Shown one piece after another: positions 9,289-17,201 of a stretch of DNA of 17,713 nucleotides (positions are counted from its first letter, which is position 1; each line of letters starts with the position of its first letter). The notes below the pieces were generated by a model. The model searched no databases, had not been told where the DNA came from, and worked only from the letters and a program-made list of their open reading frames with translations. This DNA is from Candidatus Hermodarchaeota archaeon (GTDB lineage Archaea; Asgardarchaeota; Lokiarchaeia; Sigyniarchaeales; SOKP01). The stretch lies in the NCBI GenBank assembly GCA_048885535.1, contig JBHLLO010000063.1:1-17713 (forward strand), written 5' to 3'. The translations under genes were made by a program, and so were the position numbers.

Positions 9289-9331
9289 ACTAAAATCTTT
9301 TTTTTAATTTAAAATATCATAATTCATTACT

Positions 9332-10150
9332 ATGACAGAAAAAATAATATTGATTTCTGGCTCTACAGATGGGATAGGTTATCAAGCAGCAATAGAATTA
9401 GTTAAATCTGATTTTCATGTTATTATACATGGAAGAAATAAAGAAAAGGCAGAATTTACATTAGGACGTATTAAAAGCAGAACCAAGAGAAAAAATGTGA
9501 GCCTCGTTTATGCTGATTTATGTTCCTTTAACCAAATAAAAGAGATGGCAAACGATATTAATAATAACTATGATAGATTAGATGTACTTATTAATAATGC
9601 TGGTGTGTTTAAACCAGAGCGATCTTTAACCGAAGAAGGATTTGAATCAACCTTCGCTGTAAATTATATTGCTCCTTTTCTACTTACAAATCTTTTATTA
9701 GAATCATTGAAAAAAAGTAAATCAGGTAAAATAGTCAACGTAGTGTCAAGGGTTCATTCTAATCATTTTGATTTTAATGATTTACAGTTTAAGATGGGAT
9801 ATACTGGTGTAAAAGCATATGCTAAATCTAAAACAGCTCTTATATTATTCACATATGCTCTAGCAGAAAAATTAAAGAATATTAATATTACTGTAAACTG
9901 TCTCCATCCTGGAGTGATAAATACTAAATTATTGAGATCCGCCTATGGAACATATGGAGCACCAGTATTAGAAGGTGCTAAGACATTAATTTATGCTGCT
10001 ACAGCGCCAGAATTAAAAAATGTGACTGGAAAGTATTTTGTAAATAACCATCCAGAGCCTTCGAAAGATATTACCTATAATAAAGAGACAATGAATATGC
10101 TTTGGAGCAAAACTGAGGAATTAATAGGACTTAAATTTGATCTTTTATAA
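9332..10150 (+). CDS. Short-chain dehydrogenase/reductase (retinol dehydrogenase-like)
   Basis: GSTDGIG (GxxxGIG), LINNAG, YAKSK (YxxxK) and HPGVINT motifs. Confidence 0.95.
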   Translation: MTEKIILISGSTDGIGYQAAIELVKSDFHVIIHGRNKEKAEFTLGRIKSRTKRKNVSLVYADLCSFNQIKEMANDINNNYDRLDVLINNAGVFKPERSLTEEGFESTFAVNYIAPFLLTNLLLESLKKSKSGKIVNVVSRVHSNHFDFNDLQFKMGYTGVKAYAKSKTALILFTYALAEKLKNINITVNCLHPGVINTKLLRSAYGTYGAPVLEGAKTLIYAATAPELKNVTGKYFVNNHPEPSKDITYNKETMNMLWSKTEELIGLKFDLL

Positions 10151-10236
10151 TACCAAATATCTTTAGTCAAAAGTGTATAAATTATATTATCTGTAAACAT
10201 AATCTTTAATTACTTTTTTAACGTTTTAAGAATAAG

Positions 10237-11703
10237 ATGACAATTTTAGAACTTGGTTGTGGAAAAGTAGAAGGTTATAGCGAGAAAGGTTTATATATAT
10301 TTAAAGGCATTCCTTATGCTGAACCTCCTATTGGAGATTTACGGTTTTGCCCACCAATTCCAAAAAAACCTTGGGATGGAGTGTTTAATGCAAAAAGTTT
10401 TGGTCCTTGTGCTTTCCAAGGATATACTCAACTTGAAGAGTTGATAGGAAAACTTGAACCTGAAAGTGAAGATTGTTTAACTCTTAACATATGGACTCCC
10501 GAAATTGATAAAGGAAAACATCCAGTGATGTTCTGGATACATGGAGGGTCTTTTATTTTTGGGGGTAGTAGTAGTCCTATTTTTGATGGCTCAACATTAG
10601 CTCATCGTGGTAATGTGGTTATTGTAACAATTAATTACCGATTGGGAGCGTTTGGTTATCTTTATATTCCTGGTGTTACGGCGAATGTAGGATCGCTTGA
10701 TCAAATTTTAGCATTAAAATGGGTTCATGAAAATATTGCATTATTTGGTGGTGATCCTAATAATATTACTATTTTTGGGGAATCTGCTGGAGCATATTCT
10801 GTAATAACTCTTGCAGCTATGCCAGCAGCTCAAGGATTATTTCATCGAATTATAGCTCAAAGTGCTCCTATTATTGATCCTAAAGTTGATAAGAAACCTA
10901 CAAAAACTTTAATGCGTTCATTAGGTTTAAAAACCAAAGATATTGATGCTTTACGGGATATTTCTCCCAAAAAAATTATTAATGTACAAAATGAAATTAC
11001 CAAAAATGAATTGTTAGCTTTCCGACCTTTAATTGATGGAGACACCCTCCCAGTACATCCTTTACAGGAATTTAAGAAAGGAACTTGTAAGCATATCGAT
11101 CTCATGATCGGTAATAATCTAGACGAAGCAAAACTATTCACTTCATTAGATCCAACTGTAAGTAAAATAAATGATGAGAAACTCATTATTGGGTATATAG
11201 CAACGATGCTAATGTATAATGTTGATAAAGCTAAATCAATACTTAACAAATATAAAAATGCAAGAGAGGGAAAGGCTTCTAATAAACCAAAAGAACTATT
11301 AGATGCAATTGTTTCAGATTTGATATTTCGAATTCCGAAAATTCGGTTACTTGAAGCACAGAGTATTCATCAAACTAATACATATAATTACTTATTTACA
11401 TGGAAGACCCCTTTCTTAGATGGAAAATTAGGTGCTTGCCATGCTCTTGAACTTCCATTTGTTTTTAATACATTAGAAGAACCCACAATGAAGGAATTTG
11501 TTGGTAGAAAATCGAATTTAGAACCTCTAAGTGAGAAAATGATGGATGCTTGGATATCGTTTGCCTATACTGGAAATCCAAATCATAATGGAATTCCCCA
11601 TTGGTCTCCTTATAATAAAGAAAAGAGAGCTACATTAATATTCGATGATGAGTGTAAAATAGCAAATGCTTTATTTGATGAAGAACGGTCAGCTTGGGAT
11701 TGA
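10237..11703 (+). CDS. Type-B carboxylesterase (para-nitrobenzyl esterase-like)
   Basis: SEDCLTLNIW, WIHGG, GESAG nucleophile elbow and GACHALEL catalytic His. Confidence 0.95.
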   Translation: MTILELGCGKVEGYSEKGLYIFKGIPYAEPPIGDLRFCPPIPKKPWDGVFNAKSFGPCAFQGYTQLEELIGKLEPESEDCLTLNIWTPEIDKGKHPVMFWIHGGSFIFGGSSSPIFDGSTLAHRGNVVIVTINYRLGAFGYLYIPGVTANVGSLDQILALKWVHENIALFGGDPNNITIFGESAGAYSVITLAAMPAAQGLFHRIIAQSAPIIDPKVDKKPTKTLMRSLGLKTKDIDALRDISPKKIINVQNEITKNELLAFRPLIDGDTLPVHPLQEFKKGTCKHIDLMIGNNLDEAKLFTSLDPTVSKINDEKLIIGYIATMLMYNVDKAKSILNKYKNAREGKASNKPKELLDAIVSDLIFRIPKIRLLEAQSIHQTNTYNYLFTWKTPFLDGKLGACHALELPFVFNTLEEPTMKEFVGRKSNLEPLSEKMMDAWISFAYTGNPNHNGIPHWSPYNKEKRATLIFDDECKIANALFDEERSAWD

Positions 11704-11708
11704 GAAAT

Positions 11709-11737
11709 GGAGTTTTAAAATAGAATTTTTAAAATCC
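11709..11737. terminator. Possible bidirectional terminator hairpin between convergent genes
   Basis: GGAGTTTTAAAA...TTTTAAAATCCC inverted repeat in the 46-nt gap between convergent stops, followed by T runs. AT-rich, so weak evidence. Confidence 0.3.
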
Positions 11738-11749
11738 CTTTTATTCCTT

Positions 11750-12769
11750 TTAGATTTGAAATACAAGTAATTTTAAGACAACATACACAGCATAAAAACT
11801 AATGAGTAAACCTCCTTCCCATCTTTTTAATGTTTTTTGGCTCCATAATAAATAAAGCCCAAGAAACACTGCTATGAATAGTACGGGTATATCAAAAATT
11901 AAAATGATCATTGGAACATTAAAGTTAATAATTACTGCTCCTGATCCTGTGGCCAATAAAATATCACAAATATTGGATCCTAATATATCTCCTACGGCAA
12001 GTCCATACGATTCTCTCCTAATTGCCGTTAAATCGGCTATTAGTTCAGGTAAACTTGTACCAAGACCAACTACTAAAATCCCAATTACATTCTCAGGAAT
12101 ATTAAACGCCTTAGATATATCATGTGCCGATAATAACGTAATTTCTGCTGTGAATAGTAAAATAGCAAGACCAGCCAAAAAAATTCCAATATCTTTCCAC
12201 AATGACGAGGTCTTATGTACAGTTTCAACAGGTTCAACACATACAGGATCTAAACGTTGTTGTTCATAATATTGAAGTTCACATTTTGACTTAACTAAAC
12301 GTTTTTCACTCCAAATTACCAATGAAAGGTAAATTAAATATATAATTATCAATATTAACGCTTCAAGCTGAGAAAGAACCCCATCAAGGGAAAAAACAAG
12401 AAAAATCAATACAGAGATCACAAGCATTGGACCTTCTCTTCTTAATTCCCATTTACTAACAAATATTGGTTGACTCACCGCTAAAATTCCAATTATTAAA
12501 GTAAAATTAGTTAAAAATGATCCTATTTTGTTTCCAATTACAATTCCATCGATGTTAGGGTCAATTCCTAAAAATTTGTCAAAACCACCAATTACACTTA
12601 CTGCAATTTCAGGTAGACTAGTTCCGATTGACAAAATCGTCAAACCAACTAAAATATGACTAACCCGTAAGCGAGTTGCAATATTTTCAAGACCAACAAT
12701 TACTAATTTAGCACCATAATATAAACCAACAAAACCTAGTATTAAGAGGAGAAATGAAAATAAAACCAT
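11750..12769 (-). CDS. Calcium/sodium antiporter (CaCA superfamily, YrbG-like)
   Basis: Two alpha repeats: GTSLPEI...GNKIGS and GTSLPEL...GDILGSNICD. Confidence 0.93.
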   Translation of the reverse strand: MVLFSFLLLILGFVGLYYGAKLVIVGLENIATRLRVSHILVGLTILSIGTSLPEIAVSVIGGFDKFLGIDPNIDGIVIGNKIGSFLTNFTLIIGILAVSQPIFVSKWELRREGPMLVISVLIFLVFSLDGVLSQLEALILIIIYLIYLSLVIWSEKRLVKSKCELQYYEQQRLDPVCVEPVETVHKTSSLWKDIGIFLAGLAILLFTAEITLLSAHDISKAFNIPENVIGILVVGLGTSLPELIADLTAIRRESYGLAVGDILGSNICDILLATGSGAVIINFNVPMIILIFDIPVLFIAVFLGLYLLWSQKTLKRWEGGLLISFYAVYVVLKLLVFQI

Positions 12770-12974
12770 GGCTTGTTAGTAAAAAAGGTCTCGAATTTAA
12801 ATCTTTGTTATGAAAAACATAGATCTACATGTTTTAAATCCCCAATGGCAGGATGCAAAAAATTGTAATAAATATAACAATTCAAGATTAAGTGTGAATG
12901 AAATCGTCAAAAATTAAACTTAATTTTAAAATTTGAGAATAAATAATGAAAAAGAAATAAAATAAATTTATAAA

Positions 12975-13904
12975 TTATCTGCTAAAACGCTTTTTTAAGA
13001 AGATGCTCAAAATTGCTATAATTCCGACTATAGATATGGAAGCAATAGTAATAGTGCTTTCAATTGGGATTGTTTCAGGGATTAATAAAGTCCAGGTTGA
13101 TAAAGTAGTTATCTCAGTGGTTAAATATCCATCTTCATTTATTGTCGGAGAAGTTACCCATTCATTAGTTTCATCAACATAACATGCCCACTGCCCTAAT
13201 CGATTTTGATTGGTTGCTCTTATTCTTAGTCTCGCTTTTAAAAAATTACCATTATAAGGACATTCAGAATCGCATTTACATTCAGGGTCACAATTACATT
13301 GGCAGTTACACTCACAAATACATACAGGATCACATTGGCATTTACAATTGCAGATACAATTACATTCTAACTCACAGTTACATTCACATTCGCAAGGGCA
13401 TATACAATCTGGATCACATTGACATTGACACTCACACTCACATGAACATTCAGGATCACATTTGCAATTACAATTACAACTTGGAGAACATTCCATAGAA
13501 ATACAAAATCCTTCTAAATACCTATACATATTTCGGTTTCTTACTCTATGAAGGCTTCCGTTCATTAATCCGAGTTGAGTTTCTTCTCTCGTACAAGTCA
13601 TTGTCATTCTATGCTTTGTATCTCCTTCAATTTCGATGATTACATCTTTTTCTCCTATTCTCAAAGCTTCACAATTAATTTCTAACTCTAAGTCTGTATT
13701 AGTACATATTGTGAGTCGTGTTCTTTCACGAAAACAGAACATAGTTCGATTATTACTCTGTAGTTGTATCTGAATTGAATCTCCTTGAACATCTATGATT
13801 TGATCGGGACCCTCAAAACCTAACACGTTTACAGAACTTACTAGGGTAAACACCATAATTAATGTGAGAAGGCTTAACAATACTTTACTAACATTTTTTT
13901 TCAT
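12975..13904 (-). CDS. Secreted/membrane-anchored protein with a metallothionein-like Cys-rich tandem repeat
   Basis: N-terminal signal peptide-like segment, C-terminal TM helix followed by KKRFSR, and a 77-aa tract containing 32 Cys. Confidence 0.8.
   Translation of the reverse strand: MKKNVSKVLLSLLTLIMVFTLVSSVNVLGFEGPDQIIDVQGDSIQIQLQSNNRTMFCFRERTRLTICTNTDLELEINCEALRIGEKDVIIEIEGDTKHRMTMTCTREETQLGLMNGSLHRVRNRNMYRYLEGFCISMECSPSCNCNCKCDPECSCECECQCQCDPDCICPCECECNCELECNCICNCKCQCDPVCICECNCQCNCDPECKCDSECPYNGNFLKARLRIRATNQNRLGQWACYVDETNEWVTSPTINEDGYLTTEITTLSTWTLLIPETIPIESTITIASISIVGIIAILSIFLKKRFSR
13260..13490 (-). repeat. Intragenic 42-nt (14-aa) tandem repeat encoding DPx-C(XC)5
   Basis: GG(A/G)TCACA anchors at 13285, 13327, 13411 and 13453, all at multiples of 42 nt. 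Confidence 0.85.
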
Positions 13905-14064
13905 TAAATAACACCAATATTTTTGGTTAATGATTAATTAAAAGTTCAAATAAAAAGGATTAAGGTGCAATCTTTCCCAATAATTTCCGATTAAAATGTC
14001 AAAATACAAAAAAACAATTTTTGAGATAGATATAAAATTAATAGAATAACCAATAAAGAAAAGC

Positions 14065-15771
14065 TTATGCATTAATCCTTCTAATTTCTTCTTCTAGTAA
14101 TTTATCAATGTCAATAAAATAGAATTTATCCACTATAAGCTCATATGTGTTGCTGTAATCGCTAAACCGGGATCGACCAGCAATAACGATATCTTTTCCA
14201 AGTAATTCTGCTGAAATTTTCTCCAAAAATTTAACCAGATCCGGAGTATTTTGCAATAATCTCATTTCTTCTGTTCTTTGTTTAATTAACCTTTCAGCAA
14301 TTCTTCCCATAAAAGCTGTTCGGATAGTACCTGTCCCATCATCAATTATTAAATTAATTATCATTCTAGCAATAGGTGGTTCTCTCTCGTGATTTGGTAT
14401 TAAGCACTTGTCATATATCCTATTGCAGATACTACAAGCTTCATAAATAAAGATTTTAGTTATCTCCTTAGCGATAAATCCCTTTATTGTGAAGGTTCCA
14501 ATGCTATCTATTGAGGATAGAGAAGTGTATTTTTTTTCGGGTGCATAATATTCTGTAACTTGCTTAATTTCTGTTGTATCTATCTCCATAGATGAAAAAT
14601 TGAGAAAAACTACTTCTTTTTGTCTATCAACTCTACTATTCTTAACCATTACATTCTTAAGTGTTATTTTATATCCTTCTTTAATCATCTTAGAATAATC
14701 TAAAGCAGGTCTTCCCCAAATTCTAACCCTGATAGAATCAGAGTCGTCAGCTACAAAGAAATTTAAAACATAATTCTCTTTTCCCGATCTTATAAAATGT
14801 ATTTTCCTAAGATCATCGATAGAAACTATATATCCTGTAAAATGAGCTAATCCCTCACTCTTTTTAAGATCATGTACAATTTTTGTATATTCTAGCTTTT
14901 GAGATACAATATCCTTCTCTTTCTTAATATTTGTATCAGAAGTAGCATATAACTCTATTGCATTATTTACTCTGTCTCGATGCAATATTAAATCAGAAAT
15001 ATGGATATAATCCCCAACCTGTAAATTTTGAATTTTATCTCTATCATTATCCCAAAATGTGATTCTAATAATTCCTGAAGTATCCATCAAATTAATTGAA
15101 ATTAGATATCCACTTTTACGAGTTTGAGTTTTATATCTTTTAAGAGGGAAAATTTGGATAACCTCTCCTTTTAAAGAGATTAGTTTTTCATTCATATCAC
15201 CCTTTATATCGATTATATTTATGAGATTTTCAAATACTTTTGGATATCGCTTATAATCAACATCTTCAGGGCTTAAGATAATGCGTGAATAGCGCCCAAC
15301 ATGGATTTCTAAATTGTTATACTTATCAACCTTTGTAAAACCATTCATAATTTTAACTAAAGTATTCTTTCGAAAATTTTCTTGCTTAAACATGTCAACA
15401 TGTTCATTCCATAATACAACGCGAATGTCTCCTGTACGATCAGTTAATATAAAAGTGCCAAGAAAGCCCTCCCGTCCATCTCTATGAATAAATTTATGTA
15501 TGGGATAAATTAACTTAATTCTACCATAAAGGATTATGTTTCTCATATTTGGATTAAGATCTGAAATAAGAAGCTCAATTTCAAGTAATTCTAATTGATT
15601 TACGATATCGATACCTAATTCTTTTGCAATAATGAATAAGGCACCTTCGTCAGAGATTAAACCTTTTAGTTCAGATTTTTTCTCTTCTACCATTTGAAAT
15701 ATTTCTGTTCTAGTTAAACCTGTCTCTTCAATAATTCTATTTAAAAAATTTTCGAATTTCCTTCTCATCAT
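14065..15771 (-). CDS. rpa: Replication protein A-like ssDNA-binding protein (N-terminal helical domain, 4 OB folds, Zn finger); candidate retron partner
   Basis: N-terminal EI..MVEEKK.ELKGLISDEGALFIIAKELG of archaeal RPA. Repeated OB signatures DRTGDIRVVLW, DTSGIIRITFW, DDSDSIRVRIW and DDGTGTIRTAF. Zn finger YEACSICN...C....H. Confidence 0.9.
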   Translation of the reverse strand: MMRRKFENFLNRIIEETGLTRTEIFQMVEEKKSELKGLISDEGALFIIAKELGIDIVNQLELLEIELLISDLNPNMRNIILYGRIKLIYPIHKFIHRDGREGFLGTFILTDRTGDIRVVLWNEHVDMFKQENFRKNTLVKIMNGFTKVDKYNNLEIHVGRYSRIILSPEDVDYKRYPKVFENLINIIDIKGDMNEKLISLKGEVIQIFPLKRYKTQTRKSGYLISINLMDTSGIIRITFWDNDRDKIQNLQVGDYIHISDLILHRDRVNNAIELYATSDTNIKKEKDIVSQKLEYTKIVHDLKKSEGLAHFTGYIVSIDDLRKIHFIRSGKENYVLNFFVADDSDSIRVRIWGRPALDYSKMIKEGYKITLKNVMVKNSRVDRQKEVVFLNFSSMEIDTTEIKQVTEYYAPEKKYTSLSSIDSIGTFTIKGFIAKEITKIFIYEACSICNRIYDKCLIPNHEREPPIARMIINLIIDDGTGTIRTAFMGRIAERLIKQRTEEMRLLQNTPDLVKFLEKISAELLGKDIVIAGRSRFSDYSNTYELIVDKFYFIDIDKLLEEEIRRINA

Positions 15772-15800
15772 AACTTTCCTCTCTCTATCTGTATAACTCG

Positions 15801-15979
15801 CTTTAGAATTTTATCAGCTTGTTTTGTTAATTGCATTCTAGTGTTTGTTTTGTTATCATAGCTGCATTATAGGGTGTTTTGTTACCTTAAATGCACTTTT
15901 ATCACTCCATATGACGGAACATCATATTATCCTAAGGAAAAATATATATCCTTTTGGATGGCCTGAAATAACTCCAAAG
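15801..15979 (-). ncRNA. Predicted retron msr-msd non-coding RNA
   Basis: Closing stem 5'-CUUUGGAGUUAUUUCAG (15979-15963) pairs with 5'-CUGAUAAAAUUCUAAAG (15817-15801), 15 of 17 positions including 2 G.U pairs that form only on the minus strand. Unpaired G15962 lies opposite G15818. Hairpins at 15929-15959 and 15909-15927. Begins 4 nt after the RT stop codon. Confidence 0.65.
15820..15895 (+). repeat. Three direct repeats of TGTTTTGTTA, each followed by TGCA
   Basis: Exact 10-mer at 15820-15829, 15846-15855 and 15875-15884; TGCA at 15832, 15863 and 15892. Confidence 0.9.
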
Positions 15980-15983
15980 TGTT

Positions 15984-17036
15984 TTATAATTTTAAATTTT
16001 TATTTATCATATTTTTAATTGAAATAAAATCTTGGTAAAAGTGATTATATTTCTCTTTATTGACCATTAGGGCATAAGCGCACCTTCCTTCAATATTTTT
16101 CATTATCTCCATGACGCTATCATCTAAATACTTATAATCATTTTTTAAATGATACAGAGCCGAGCGTAGATTTTTGATCCATCTTCTTGGTAAAGATGGT
16201 TGAGAATTCTGAACATTTATCCCTGTCACACGTTGAAAATTACGATTATATGATAAGCGTTCTTTTTTTCTATTAATTGAGAATCCATGTGCTTCAATAG
16301 ATGAGTGTATTTTTTTTATTAAATTTGTGGTGATATATCTCTTAGATTGACTGGAAAAGGTTATATCATCGGCGTATCTGGTATATCTCAACCCATATCT
16401 CATTGCAAATTCACTAAGTTCTTTATCAAGTTGATCACACACCAGATTAGAAATTATAGGGCTTGTACACGCTCCTTGAGGCAAAAACGCCGCTTTATAA
16501 AGGTTTAATAGTGTTTTATCTTGAATGCCATAATCGTATTTGGGTAAGAATGTACATAATAATCCAAACAAGTGCGAAATATATTCTGAATACCCAATAT
16601 TCATGAAAACCTTACAAACTTTATATAGTTTAATTGATGGAAAGAAATCTACTAAATCAATATGATAAGTTATCAGAGATTTTAAATGTTCTTTAGCATT
16701 TGAGACAATTGAACGTTCTTTTGTAAAACCATGAGCAAATTCACTTGGCTTAACTTTTTCTAGGATTTCCCTGAGAATTTTTAATTGAATCTGTTTCAAT
16801 TCAGGTGTAGGAGTGATGATCTCTCGACGACCTCCTGATTTCTTAGTAATAAAAAAAGTGTTGTAAGTTAAAATTCTTGAGTTGAATTTAAAATAATCTT
16901 TTAATAATAAATCGCTAATTTCCAAGAAATTAGCTAAATCCCTGAAATTGTGAATTAATGGTAATCCATTCACTTTTAATTTTAAAAAATTAGAATCATG
17001 TGTACTTAAATCTAATTTATGATGACATTCAAGCAT
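15984..17036 (-). CDS. Retron-type reverse transcriptase
   Basis: KKSGGRREI..P..ELK.IQ, AHGF...RSIVSNAKEH (retron region X, NAxxH), DLVDFFPSI, LPQGACTSP, YTRYADDITFS and VTG (region Y). 350 aa with no maturase or endonuclease domain. Confidence 0.93.
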   Translation of the reverse strand: MLECHHKLDLSTHDSNFLKLKVNGLPLIHNFRDLANFLEISDLLLKDYFKFNSRILTYNTFFITKKSGGRREIITPTPELKQIQLKILREILEKVKPSEFAHGFTKERSIVSNAKEHLKSLITYHIDLVDFFPSIKLYKVCKVFMNIGYSEYISHLFGLLCTFLPKYDYGIQDKTLLNLYKAAFLPQGACTSPIISNLVCDQLDKELSEFAMRYGLRYTRYADDITFSSQSKRYITTNLIKKIHSSIEAHGFSINRKKERLSYNRNFQRVTGINVQNSQPSLPRRWIKNLRSALYHLKNDYKYLDDSVMEIMKNIEGRCAYALMVNKEKYNHFYQDFISIKNMINKNLKL

Positions 17037-17201
17037 CGAAACATATTAAACATTTTTGCCTTATAACTTCAGAAGAACCATAAATATTTAAAGAATATGC
17101 AAAAATTGAAATCAAAAATTAAGGATTAGTATACCTTAAAATTCATTTTATATAATGAAATATTATAATAATAACAATCAATTGGAATATTGTGAGATTC
17201 T

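Noticed and set aside
10857-13498. ORFs 10857-11249 (-), 11874-12269 (+) and 13184-13498 (+)
   Set aside because: Antisense shadows. The His/Tyr/Ile periodicity of 13184-13498 only mirrors the Cys repeat on the other strand.
15820-15895. Mini CRISPR array
   Set aside because: Repeats are only 10 nt with 16-19 nt gaps that share a TGCA motif, and there are no cas genes. They are better explained as part of the RT-associated ncRNA.
15984-17036. Group II intron or DGR reverse transcriptase
   Set aside because: It has retron NAxxH and VTG signatures and QGA.TSP rather than the DGR-type G...SQ motif. I saw no maturase domain, intron domain V or avd gene.
15801-17036. True telomerase homologue
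   Set aside because: The RT is a 350-aa retron-like enzyme lacking TERT TEN and TRBD domains. Only a functional analogy is proposed.
17037-17201. msr-msd in the usual position upstream of the RT
   Set aside because: Very AT-rich with no convincing long inverted repeat by eye. It looks like a divergent promoter region, though it was not excluded computationally.
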